Origin: Macrostomum hystrix
Taxonomy: Eukaryota > Animalia > Platyhelminthes
Reading direction: 5' to 3'
Assembly: GCA_950097015.1 (NCBI GenBank)
Contig: CATNEN010000038.1
Span: 33,542,001 to 33,606,000, forward strand
Length of the DNA stretch: 64,000 bases
Under the pieces are notes generated by a model that ran no database searches, was not told the origin of the DNA, and was given only the letters and a program-made list of their open reading frames with translations. Positions 1 through 13,400 of the stretch are shown here, piece after piece (position 1 is the first letter of the stretch; each line of letters opens with the position of its first letter). The translations under genes and the position numbers were made by a program.

Positions 1-1956
1 AGGAATAACTTTTTTCTATTTGATAAAATAGCAAAAGCAGATACTTTTTAGAAAGATGTAACTGTTTTCTATAACTTGGCTTTTGATTTATCATCATATC
101 TTAAATAGAAAATCTGTAGTTAAAAAAATTAAAAGTTAAAAGGTTTGAAGTTAAAAAAATACACATTCTTGTTTGCTTGATGATACATTACCCTACATGT
201 TTATTCTTTTGAGGTGGTTTACAAGCCTGAGTTCTTTATGATATTACCTTGAATTGAATTACCTTTATGATAAAATAAAGCATGCCCTGTGACAACACAA
301 GTGTATTGTCATTGCTACATTTTTTATCTACTAAGTCTGAGGCCACAAGCTACCCTTGCTTGCATGTATTGAAAGTTACAATCAGTTCAAACTTATATTT
401 TGCCACTATAAATGCTGTAGTGAATGATTTTAATTGTTTTAAGTTGTTTTAGTTGCTTTTATGGCTAACAAGTTTGGAGACATAATTAGCAGATTTGATG
501 GTACCAGACAAAGAGACTAGAAACCATGCTCAACTGCTCAAAGACAGATATAAGAGTTAATTGTAAAATGGTTAGCTATATGTGTATACATTTTTGATGA
601 CAGACTTGTGAAAGCAAAAAAAAAGATTTTTTTAATTAAAGCATTCAAAAGGGCCTACTAGGCCCCTAGTAAAAAATTTTTATGATGGCTCAATATCTAG
701 AATGATTTATATTGACCCTAAAACAATTATGTAAAATCTGGTGCTTGTATAAAAAAGTACACAATTTTAATGCTTGAGTGTTCTTACCCCAATGCAGAAG
801 AATCTAATTAAACAAAAATTAGGCCTAATTTACAAACCAACTTAGGGCCTAATAGGATTTTGGGTTATTGGGCCTTATGACCAATGTAATGCCATACCCA
901 CTAGGCCTACCTACAGTTTCAGAGCTAAAAATCATGAATCTAGGGAAGATCGTGGTCCCCCTGAACTTCATTTTACCATGGCTATGCTGCTAGCTTACCT
1001 AGCTATTCGCCAATTGCACCAGAAAAGAAAGAAAATGCAACTAAGCACAGTATATATTATAAAAAACAGTAAACAGCATTGTCTGAATTTTGGGGAATAA
1101 ATATTAAGGCCCAAAAGGCCAAAGATAGGCTGAACCTTAATAAGAATTAAAAAAATGTAACGATAGGTTTAACTAATAATAAAGGCGCATGTGCCTAATT
1201 GCTGGTCTGGTGTATGCGACGCAAAAAGAAAGGCAGAATTGCTTTTTTCCGCAATTTCCACTAGAAATCTCTCCAGTGGATTTTTGCAGGACATTAGCGA
1301 AAACATGAGATAAGCCTCATGCAATTGTTGATCCTTAGTATTAGTAGTATTCAGGCCTACTATAATTCATTATTCACTAAAATCGGCTCGTGTTAATCAC
1401 GTTATGCAAGCGCGTACGCACATGCTTGCTACTGCTACTTCTCTGAAAAGTGATTAAATTAGCGCTTAAACTAAAAAAATTAAGTTCTGCAATAAAAATT
1501 GGTCTAGTAATATTTTATCACGTTTGAGTAGCTACGAGATAAAAGCTCGTAATTTCGAGCTCGTAATTAAAAGCTCGTAATTAGTAGCTCGTAATTTCGT
1601 TGTTCTACTGTTCCTATGTCTAATTAGTTCAGGGACAATTTCAAACATCGATCTGCGATACAATTTCAATGTGCAGTGGAACTAGAGTGCAATAAATCTC
1701 GTGAATGTCGTACTGGTCATTTCGGTAAAAAGGTTGACGTAGGCCTCTAGTTAGTTGTTAGTTCTCAGAATATAGTAGTTTACAAAGTGTCCAAACTAGT
1801 CCAAATCAATTTGTCTAAGTCATTGACTTAAGTTATGAATATCTTATCAATTAGCCTAATCATAGGGTCAGGTCTATTCATTAGCTGTACACTTAAAAAT
1901 CTCTAGAACAGACGTAAGGAAATCTATGTAAATAAAAAATATATATATTTGTTCTC

Positions 1957-2744
1957 GGTACCTGAACACTTCGTCATCTTACAACTTCGTCATCCAGATG
2001 ACGATCTGTCCAATATCTCAGAGGGTGGATGACGAAAAGAGACTTAGACTTGTGGACACTTCGTCATCTATAAAACAAAAGTTTTCAAAGTTAATACAGT
2101 GGATCCTAGACACTTCGTCATCTTACAACTTCGTCATCCACTTGGATGGTAGGCCTAGGACACTTCGTCATCCAGCCAATTGGCATGCTTTAAAGTTGGG
2201 TCAGTTCGTCATCTACTAATAACAAGCAATCAAGTTCGTCATCAATAAAGTGAGGGTGGGGTGGTGGGGCAGAGGTGTGAACACACTTCACACTCTAAAT
2301 TGTCAAAAAGAGGTGTCAAAACTGATTTCATTATAAGAGTTGAAAGATAGGTGCCAACACGATGTGAGGAGGTGGGGAGGGGTGGTTCGATCTGTTCTAT
2401 CTTTGAAAACTTTTGTTTTATAGATGACGAAGTTTCCACAAGTCTAAGTCTCTTCGTAATCCACCCTCTGAGATATTAGACAGATCGTCATCTGGATGAC
2501 GAAGTTGTAAGATGACGAAGTGTCCAGGTACCAATACAGTACCACCCTTCCCCACCTCCTCACATCGTGTTGGCACCTATCTTTCAAGTCTTAGGCCTAT
2601 ATTATTATGAAATCAGTTTTGACACCTCTTTTTGACAATTTAGAGTGTGAAGTGTGTTCACACCTCTGCCCCACCACCCCACCCTCACTTTATTGATGAC
2701 GAACTTGATTGCTTGTTATTAGTAGGCCTAGATGACGAACTGAC
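1957..2744. mobile_element. Non-autonomous DNA transposon/foldback-like complex with interlaced inverted repeats and TTCGTCATC subrepeats
   Basis: 1957-2090 is the reverse complement of 2401-2532 (both ends GGTACC), and 2200-2386 is the reverse complement of 2541-2744. There are many TTCGTCATC/GATGACGAA copies and no transposase. Confidence 0.6.
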
Positions 2745-5034
2745 GAATATGATAGATAGCCTAGCCATATAGGCTACCAATGAATCAGTTTGTCCAGTTA
2801 AAGAAATAGCAGTCAACAAAATGACTGTAGGATCTAATTATAATAGAACACAGAGTAGCATTCATTTTGTTAAGTTAGTTTATTGGCAGCAAATATAGGC
2901 ATTCTTCTCTAATTGTTCGTTTTAACTGTTTTTCTGAGAAGTTTCATTTTAAATCCATGCAAAAACATTAAGAAATCATTTTAAAATACTGGGAAACACA
3001 ATTATTGAAAAAATGATATAATTAATGTCAAATTGTGTTTAATGTCAAATTAATGTCAAAGTCTGCAGGATCCCATGTCAAAATTCAACAGGGGTAATAA
3101 TAATAAAGAAAATTTGGATCCACAATAAATGACGGTGCTGCCAAGTGGCCTCCTGGCATGGTCTTAACAGACTAAGTGTATGCTAGTTGATAGTAGAAAA
3201 TTAATAGAGCATGTTAACAGAACTCAGATGATGTGCTAATACCTCCCCTCTTACTAACCAGCTCATCCCTTTTGGCCATAGACACTGCCAAGGATGTCAA
3301 CCATTTTGCTTTTATCTACCCCTGCAGTGAATATTTGCCACAGACAAGTTCCCCAGAACCCCAGAAGCAGTCCCAGTTTGTTAGTGCTTAGTGCTAAGAA
3401 ATTTGATTGATGTGATCAAAATTAGAAGTTAGGCCTATCAAATTGATTTAAAATGAAACTTTTCAGAAAAATACAGTTTAAATAATGATTCGAAAAGAAT
3501 GCCAAAATTTATATACAATACAACAATACATTAGGCCTCTGACTAAATCCTAACTTCCTATGCTTTTGGCTCACAATCACAAGTCACAGATCTTGTTCTT
3601 ACTTCATTCTTCAAATCAATGAGTTTGACTAGATGTAACCTTATAGCTATGCATGGAATAGAGCCTAGCTTGCTGGCTGACACCCATTATTTAAATCAAA
3701 ATTAGGTCTATTGCAGTTTCAAATCCTAGTTGTTTCAGCTGTTGTAGGGCTAATTTAATCCCACTGCTGCTGTCAAAGTTGTCCTAGGGTTATTTTACAA
3801 TATTTTAATATTCTACTGAATACCACCAAAGTTGTTCTAGCGCTAATTATTATTCTAACTTTTACTCTCACAATGTTGTTGTATTCTTTACTGTTAATGT
3901 TTCTTAGAATTAATTTCTGAGAATGTATTCTATATATCCAAAAGAATTTCTTGGTAGCGTATTTAGTTATCTTTGAATATCGTCTTTAGTTAGTCTAAGG
4001 TAGCGTATTTAGTTATTCTGGCCGAATAATTATCGCATGGATGTATTTCTGAGTATAGGCTTTCCGAAGAGCGTTACCAATGATCTTAAGTGTACAGCAA
4101 TACTTTCTATTTCTCTCTCTGGAATCCTTCTTAGTATTCGTCTCCGTATGTTTTATAAAGAATGAAAAGGACACAATTCTGAGTATTGTATACGAACTTT
4201 GATTCAAACTGTGTTGAACAAGGTTAATTTTCTTTCCATTTTTGCTCCTGTATTTATACCAAAATTTTATCGTTTTAAACAAAATAATTACGGTACATTC
4301 AAACAAATTTACGTATTTTACACGAATTAAAACAAAATCGCGGTTTTTCAACTTAAAGATTCAGTCTATATCACAGCTATAAGCGATTTCAGCCCAAAAA
4401 CACTTTTAAATAATACCATTTTCGCCTACATCTTATACTTCAATTTGTTACTTCTAATTATATTTTGTTTGCAAACAAAAATTAAGTCTAATAGTCAAGA
4501 CAATCATGTAACAAGGCTTAACTCTCTATCTTTCTCTATTGGCAATGTACCACTTGGCATGAGCAGTCTCTCTCTAAGACTCTTTGAACACCAGTCTTTG
4601 TTGTGTGTTTTCTGTGGATCAGAGGGTCACAGGCTCAAATAACCAACTCAACACTTAAATACTCTTTTGACCTTCATTACTCAATTATAGTTTATTTGCT
4701 TTTTGCCACATTAACTCTTTGATTTGTCTCACAGCTATTGCAATTGTTTATACACACAACTTTTTACAACTTGAAAAATGCAGTATTATTCTACCTACAT
4801 CAACTAAAATAGTGCCAATACAAGTGACTTATTACTTTAGCTCCTGTTATTGGCCAATGAGAAATCTAGCTGCAATAGAGCTTTAAAGTTGCTTGAAATT
4901 TATAGAAAATTAACTATAAAATGCTTTTTATTGTTAAATTGGCATATTACTGCAGGTTTAAATTCAGATTCATCTAATTGCTTTGAAGATAAATTAACAA
5001 TCATTTACTTTCCAGAACTGCCCTAAAGCACAAC

Positions 5035-5509
5035 ATGGTTGCAGCAAACAATTCAAAGCCAATACAGTTATTAAATGCTTTGGAAGCCAGCCCAAGTCCT
5101 GTGCATTTGAGCACAACCGACATGCCACAGTCTGCAACTAGTGCCACCTGGCGCCATGAGCATGAGCAGACATTTGGCATGTCTCATTTTCTTCTTTACA
5201 TCATAGTACCAATTATGACACTGAGTGTTGTTTTGCTTTTTAGCTTTTTGGTGAGTTCGATTGAAAAGAAAAATATTGCCTCTTTTAAAAAAAGCATAAC
5301 AGAAAGTTTGTAACAGTTCACAAAATTTTCACTTCTAGTTGATCATTTGTGTGCGCAGGCTTCGGCTAGACAAGCTCAGACATCGCCTCATGCCTCTCTA
5401 CCAGTTTGATCCTGCCGATGTTGATCGCGACTGGGAGATTGACCTCCTAGAAGACGATCGCAATCAGCAACAGCAGCAACAACGACGCTTTGCTTCTCAT
5501 GTTGCTTAG
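5035..5509 (+). CDS. Small single-pass membrane protein, C3orf18/SMIM29 family
   Basis: Exons 5035-5250 (donor GTGAGT) and 5339-5509 (acceptor TTCTAG), phase 0. The TM segment FLLYIIVPIMTLSVVLLFSFLLIICV is followed by RRLRLDKLRHRLMPLYQFDPAD, matching the family motif RL(E/D)(K/R)LRHxL(M/L)PMYxxDP. Confidence 0.8.
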
Positions 5510-6474
5510 CAACAAGAATGTTCTGCTTTCCTTTTTCTTGGACTACTACTGTATTAAGTGCTATTAAGTTTTTTAGAAAACTTGTGAAAGAGACTAGTTG
5601 TATTAAATGTATCGCTTTCGAGTGGTCTGTTTGTAGATAAAAGCTATAAAAGTTTTTATTAAACTATTGTCTTCTTCTGATGGGGACATCAATTTTATTC
5701 CAGTTAAGTAGAATTCTATCAAAATGTTCAGCTTGTTTCATAATGTCTCGGTGATTTTAAACGCTGATCAATCATGGAAATATTACATTTTTTCTTCTGC
5801 TCTTTTTACGCTCTCACAAGTCACAATTATTTTCTCTATTTTTTAACACGCATCAGTAGCTTGCTCTGTCGCTCTGTCTGGCATTTAATAGACTGGATCG
5901 ACAAGTAATTATTTGCAGCTGAATTATTAATATTTAAGCTTTTCGGCAATAGCCTATTTTGTAATGAACATATCTTATAACATATATCTAGTTTATTACT
6001 ATCAGCAGCTTTGATTGTTTTTTTTTTTTATTCACTTAAAAGTGCAATACATTATCCATCCTAAACATTTTGGTTTATAATATCAGATTAAAGTTGTTTA
6101 ATTTGGAAACTTTTACAGTTGTTCAAGAACCCGCATGAACTGTATGCTACCTTTGCGTTAGAGTTGTCTTCCTATCCCTGTTTAGTGCTGCATTCTCTTA
6201 AAATGAAATTCTTCTATTAATAAAGCTGTATAAAATATTATTATTCGGTTTTACAATAATTTATTTTCGATTTCATTTTCGATTAATAGCTCATCATAAA
6301 AAAGCGTACGAAACGACTTCAACGGTTGTTTTAATAGTTTCTTTGTGTGCTTTGTTCACCTATTCACTTATCACCCGTCAAAGTCGTTCAATAGAAGTTG
6401 CATTGAATCACTTGCTAAAACCTAATGTTTTTAACTGACATGTTAAATCCACGGGGGTTTAAAAAGCACTTTAG

Positions 6475-7625
6475 GATCACCTGTTGAAGCCAGGAGGTTA
6501 GATAGACACTACATGAGATCACCTGTTGAAGCCAGGAGGTTAGATAGACACTACATGAGATCACCTGTTGAAGCCCGGAGGTTAGATAGACACTACATGA
6601 GATCACCTGTTGAAGCCCGGAGGTTAGATAGACACTACATGAGATCACCTGTTGAAGCCCGGAGGTTAGATAGACACTACATGAGATCACCTGTTGAAGC
6701 CCGGAGGTTAGATAGACACTACATGAGATCACCTGTTGAAGCCCGGAGGTTAGATAGACACTACATGAGATCACCTGTTGAAGCCAGGAGGTTAGATAGA
6801 CACTACATGAGATCACCTGTTGAAGCCAGGAGGTTAGATAGACACTACATGAGATCACCTGTTGAAGCCCGGAGGTTAGATAGACACTACATGAGATCAC
6901 CTGTTGAAGCCCGGAGGTTAGATAGACACTACATGAGATCACCTGTTGAAGCCCGGAGGTTAGATAGACACTACATGAGATCACCTGTTGAAGCCAGGAG
7001 GTTAGATAGACACTACATGAGATCACCTGTTGAAGCCAGGAGGTTAGATAGACACTACATGAGATCACCTGTTGAAGCCAGGAGGTTAGATAGACACTAC
7101 ATGAGATCACCTGTTGAAGCCCGGAGGTTAGATAGACACTACATGAGATCACCTGTTGAAGCCCGGAGGTTAGATAGACACTACATGAGATCACCTGTTG
7201 AAGCCCGGAGGTTAGATAGACACTACATGAGATCACCTGTTGAAGCCCGGAGGTTAGATAGACACTACATGAGATCACCTGTTGAAGCCCGGAGGTTAGA
7301 TAGACACTACATGAGATCACCTGTTGAAGCCAGGAGGTTAGATAGACACTACATGAGATCACCTGTTGAAGCCCGGAGGTTAGATAGACACTACATGAGA
7401 TCACCTGTTGAAGCCCGGAGGTTAGATAGACACTACATGAGATCACCTGTTGAAGCCCGGAGGTTAGATAGACACTACATGAGATCACCTGTTGAAGCCA
7501 GGAGGTTAGATAGACACTACATGAGATCACCTGTTGAAGCCAGGAGGTTAAACAGACGCTGCATGAGATCACCTGTTAAAGCCAGGAGGTTAAACAGACG
7601 CTGCATGAGATCACCTGTTAAAGCC
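6475..7625. repeat. Minisatellite, 39-bp unit, about 29 copies
   Basis: Unit GATCACCTGTTGAAGCC(C/A)GGAGGTTAGATAGACACTACATGA-like. It explains the 13-aa periodic ORFs on both strands. Confidence 0.97.
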
Positions 7626-8219
7626 ATTTATTTGGAAATTTGTAATGGGAGAGTAAACTATAATGTGCAACAGAATTTTTTATATTTAGTACGAATCCAT
7701 TATACGAGTATTTTATATTTCTCTAATATTGTATAAATGCACGATTCTCGGACTGACTATAGTGAAGCCAGCAAGAAAAAGCAGTCAGTCATTAGTGTTT
7801 ATAGTTGAATGTATGTTTAGTACGAATTACAATGCGCATGCGAGCAAAATACGCAAGTTTGGCTTAAAATTTGTCCCACTCCATTCATCCTCTGGTCCAG
7901 ATAATACAATGCATGCATGCATGGGATTGCATATCAAATATCAGAAGTTTGCGAACACTCACTCCGTCACTCGTAGCCAATTCGATTTGGGATTAATTAG
8001 TTTGTGCATATAATGCATATGAATTGTAAACTGGATTCTCACTCATCGGATCAGCGAATTTGAGCTAGCTAGGATGAGTCAGCCCTTGGAAAGACTTTAT
8101 AAAACCAGACGTTAATAGTAATAGTAACGTCTATTCCAGATAATCAATAATAGCATTTCAGAATACAAGAGTATTTAGAGGTTCAAAACACAACAGCGGA
8201 TCAGTCAGGATGGTGACTC

Positions 8220-8720
8220 CATCCTGACACCCTCCTTCAACGATCCAGACACCATCCTTCACCTCCTGACACCATCCTTCACCCCCTGACACCATCCTTC
8301 ACCTCCTGACACCATCCTTCACCTCCTGACACCATCCTTCACCCCCTGACACCATCCTTCACCTCCTGACACGATCCTTCACCTCCTGACACCATCATTA
8401 ACCTCCTGACACCCTCCTTCACCTCTTGACATCCTTCTTCACCTCCTGACACCATCATTAACCTCCTGACACCCTCCTTCACCTCCTGACATCCTCCTTC
8501 ACCTCCTGACACCCTCCTTCACCTCTTGACATCCTTCTTCACCTCCTGACATCCTTCTTCACCTCCTGACACCATCCTTCACCTCCTGACACCATCCTTC
8601 ACCTCTTGACATCCTTCTTCACCTCTTGACATCCTTCTTCACCTCTTGACATCCTTCATCACCTCCTGACACCATCGTTCACCTCCTGACATCCTTCTTC
8701 GCCGATGGACACCCTCCTTC
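8220..8720. repeat. Minisatellite, 20-bp pyrimidine-rich unit
   Basis: Unit ACCATCCTTCACCTCCTGAC with variants. Confidence 0.95.
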
Positions 8721-9674
8721 GTGCCCTGCAGCCGCAAGTTGAAAATAAATAAGAAATAAAAAAACTTAAAGCCCTTGCAGCTCAATATCATTTGGTCGAT
8801 CAAATTTCATTTATTTAAAAACGTAACAAGAGAGCCATAAGTTAAGAGTGAATTGTACTGAAGAACGCGTTTCCAAATAAAGTAGTTTTTTTATTTTCAT
8901 TTTCGGTGCAGCAAGGATCGCACTGTACTACTAACATTTTAAATTAAGATGATTATCAGTTTCTTGCATAAGTTTAATAAATTTAATTTAACAGCATTTA
9001 ATAAAGAGTTTTGCAGTGCGATGTTTCATCGTGCGGGACAAATCAATTATTGGTTCGCGCCAATTATTGGCTTATTGCCGAATTGAATAAATCAAAGGTT
9101 ATCAACGGGATTAGCTTTAATTGAAAGGATTAGTAATAAAATAACAGAGACGAAAACAACAACAAATAAGAATGTATGGTAAAGGTTTTAAACTAACAAA
9201 ATTTCTTTTTCATTCGTCTTTTTGCAATTCTAGAACGAAGACAAGCCAAATGATCTAAGGAATAATGATTATAGCATAGCTTTTTTCATATAAATATTTA
9301 GTACGAAGCTAGCAGTGCAAAGAGCTGACACAATCACCTGGAATATATAAGCGGCAGAGACAGCGGACACCAGGTGTAAACACGCCTCTTAAACAGAAGA
9401 GTTATACGCGGATAATAGATTATTTTTTAGTTACTAAAAGCCTTAAAGTGGCTTACGGGAAAATAAACTGGGTAAGGCTAATGTTAGAAAAAAATGTAAA
9501 CCGCTCAGGAGGATGAAAAACAAAAAGCGTAAGACTAATGTCTATGAAATTTTTAAATCAACTGTTCCTCATAAGAGACAACTAATTTTATTCTAGAACT
9601 TCTATTATAAAACTTTTGTTTTACTGATGAACTTAAGAAGGAAGAAACAATGATACAAAATTATGATTGACGTT

Positions 9675-10010
9675 GTATAACAGGTAAAGACTGTGTCTAA
9701 CAGGAACTGTTGATGTAATATAGAAAGAGACTATCTATGTCTCAGAGGTACCGATGATGTCTAACAGGTGTTGACAATGTCAAACGGGTACCGGTGATGT
9801 CTAACAGGTGTTGACAATGTCTAACAGGTACCGGTGATGTCTAACAGGTACCGGTGATGTCTAACAGGTGTTGACAATGTCTAACAGGTACCGGTGATGT
9901 CTAACAGGTAGAGACGATCTTTAACAGGTACCGGTGATGCCCAACCGGTTTCGGTGATGTCTAACAGGTGTGGACATTGTCAAACAGGTGTAGCAAATGT
10001 TTAACATGTA
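9675..10010. repeat. Minisatellite, 20-bp unit with two alternating variants
   Basis: CTAACAGGTACCGGTGATGT and CTAACAGGTGTTGACAATGT. Confidence 0.9.
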
Positions 10011-10420
10011 TGTCAATTTAGAAGGTTTGACCCTATTAGCCATAGAGAGTGGAGACGCCACAATAGCTAAGATTTTTATTGATTATGTTGTTCAAGACAT
10101 TTAGTTCAATAGAAATATCGTAACAAAATGTGACTAACAATCAGCATAACAAAGTTCAGTCAGCTTAGAATTAGCAGAGCAGACAGGTGGCAAAAAAAAA
10201 CACAAAAGGGCCGACAAGAACTAGCGAGTGAACAATTCAGCGATAATTTGAATACCGAGCTGCCGAATCTACTCAAGCTCTACTTAACTTAGCCTTACTG
10301 ACTGATTGACTGACTGACTGATGCAGCAACAGCAGCTCAATCAGGATAGTTGGAGAAATGAAACATGAAAAAGAAAGTATAGCGACACAGCGTCAGAGAG
10401 AACAATTTGAGCCGAATTAA

Positions 10421-13400
10421 TCATTCCTTTCTAGTAGCGCGCTTCTTTGCACCGCCGGAGCCGGATCTGCGAATGAATTCGATTCGATTCAAAGCTAATA
10501 TAACCTAATAGTAGGCTTATCAGATAACACTACGCAAATGTTTATGGCTTATATGCCATACTAGTCTAAATGTTCAGAGTTTATGAACTTTACTAGGCTA
10601 ATGTGTATGGCTAATCAACTAATTCTAGGCTAATGTGCATGGCTAATCAACTAATTCTAGGCTAATGTGTATGGCTAATCAACTAATTCTAGGCTAATGT
10701 GTATGGCTAATCAACTAATTCTAGGCTAATGTGCATGGCTAATCAACTAATTCTAGGCTAATGTGTATGGCTAATCAACTAATTCTAGGCTAATGTGTAT
10801 GGCTAATCAACTAATTCTAGGCTAATGTGTATGGCTAATCAACTAATTCTAGGCTAATGTGCATGGCTAATCAACTAATTCTAGGCTAATGTGTATGGCT
10901 AATCAACTAATTCTAGGCTAATGTGTATGGCTAATCAACTAATTCTAGGCTAATGTGAATGGCTAATTAACTAATTCTAGGCTAATGTGAATGGCTAATT
11001 AACTAATTCTAGGCTAATGTGAATGGCTAATTAACTAATTCTAGGCTAATGTGAATGGCTAATTAACTAATTCTAGGCTAATGTGTATGGCTAATCAACT
11101 AATTCTAGGCTAATGTGCATGGCGAATCAACTAATTCTAGGCTAATGTGCATGGCGAATCAACTAATTCTAGGCTAATGTGTATGGCTAATCAACTAATT
11201 CTAGGCTAATGTGCATGGCTAATCAACTAATTCTAGGCTAATGTGTATGGCTAATCAACTAATTCTAGGCTAATGTGCATGGCTAATCAACTAATTCTAG
11301 GCTAATGTGAATGGCTAATCAACTAATTCTAGGCTAATGTGAATGGCTAATTAACTAATTCTAGGCTAATGTGTATGGCTAATCAACTAATTCTAGGCTA
11401 ATGTGAATGGCTAATTAACTAATTCTAGGCTAATGTGAATGGCTAATTAACTAATTCTAGGCTAATGTGAATGGCTAATTAACTAATTCTAGGCTAATTA
11501 ACTAATCCTAGGCTACGAGACTTAGACTAACTGGACTAACTGTAATTTTGCATTTTATTTTGCTTCTCTTAGCTGAAGTCTAGCAAGTTAGGCAGGCCAT
11601 TTTATCAGTTTTACAGACATGGTTTTTACAACACACGGTAGGAATTTTTTTACTCACCCAGCTGCGGGCTTGGCGTCGTCCCCGTGAGCTTCACCGCCTG
11701 CCTCAGGCTCGGCGGCGGACACCTCGTCGTCCTCGACGTCCGGCTGAGCCTCGTCTTCGCCTACGTCAACTTCGGCTTCCTCATCGTCGTCGCTCTCCAG
11801 ATTGGCCTTGGACTCGGCGGCGGCAGACTTAGCGTCAGGCGTCGGCTCGTCGGTCTTCTTGCGACGAGCCGCGGTGGCGGCAGCCGAAGTCGACGGCGGT
11901 TGACCAGAGCCGCCGCTGCGGCAGCAGTAGATGATTAGAAGAGCGGTAGGCAGAGCCACGACCATGATGATGATGGCCCAAATCCAAGGCCGATCCCTGG
12001 TGGCGTCGCGGACAGCGTCAACAACGGACTGGGCGCCGGGGTCAGCCAGGCGTTCGGCCTCGCGCTTCGCAGTCCAGGTCTGCTCGGCGAAGTCGTCGGC
12101 CAGCGATTTGCGATCAACGATAAGCAGATTGTCGAAGGCGACGCCGTCGTTCATTGACCACAGTTCGAAGCCGATGGCGCCGATTGGGGCGAAGCGCCAG
12201 GGCTCGGCGTCCTCGAAGTAGTCGGGATTGGCGATGCGACGCGGCTTCCAGATGCCCTTGTAGGCCGGGTTGTCGATCATCGGGGCCGACCATTTGCCTT
12301 TGTACTTGGGATTCTTCACCTTGGGCCGGGTCCAGGGACCGCAGCCGGGGGCCTCCTTGCATCTGACGGATTGGTAGTAATAAAAATGCTTCTAAATCTA
12401 GAACCCAACAGGCGAATGATTTGGGATAACATGTTATATAGTTTTGGGAAAATGTGAATTAATTTGGGAATAAAAAGTGAACTAATTTGGGGATATAAGG
12501 TGATATAGTTTGGGGATTTAAGGTGATATAGTTTGGGGATTTAAGGTGATATAGTTTGGGGATAAAATGTGATATAGTTTGGGGATAAAATGTGATATAG
12601 TTTGGGGATAAAAGACGATATAGTTTGGGAATATAATGTGATATCGTTTGGGGATATAATGTGATATAGTTTGGGGATAAAAGGTGATATAGTTTGGGGA
12701 TAAAATGTGATATAGTTTGGGGATAAAAGGTGACATAGTTTGGGGATAAAAGGTGATATAGTTTGAGGATAAAATATGGTTCAGTTTGGGGATGCGATTT
12801 AGTTAGGAAAGGTGATATAATTAGGAGATAACCGATGATTTCATTTCAAAGTCAACTTACTTGGGATTATCGACCTGGGGCGCTTCCCACGAGCCGTCCA
12901 TATCCTCATCCCAGTCCTTGGGCTTTTCGGCGTTCGGATCCGGGACCGTCAGCGGCTCGTCAATCAACCAGCCCTGCGGCATGACAGCCTCGGCGTCCTC
13001 AATAAACTCCGGCTGAGATTCGTCCCAATCGTCTGGTTTAGTGGCCTTGGAATCCGGGATTTTCTCTCGCTCGTCCCAATCTGCTGGCTTTTTATCAGTC
13101 GGGTCGTCAATTTCTTTCGGCGGATTAACAGGCGGGGTCATGTCCTCAAGCAGGCTGCCACTGTTCACCAGGCTGCGATCAACATACACTTCGAAGCTGT
13201 TGTCGGAATTGAGCACCAGGGTGTACAGGTGACTGCGCTTGTCATTGAAGTACGAGTCCAAATCTGCCTTGGGTTTCTTGGCGTGCTTCTCTTCAATTTG
13301 GCCAGTCTTTGGGCTGCGGTGCCGCAGGATGAAGTGCAGCTTGTGATCCATGCCGCACTTGTCCGGCCCGAACATGATGGTGTAGGGCGTCTTGTCGTTG

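Noticed and set aside
6415-7736. Long periodic ORFs here and at 22395-23288, 40553-41362 and 61726-62835 as real proteins
   Set aside because: They are translations of stop-poor minisatellite units. Two lie inside introns of well-supported genes, and the others have no non-repeat support.
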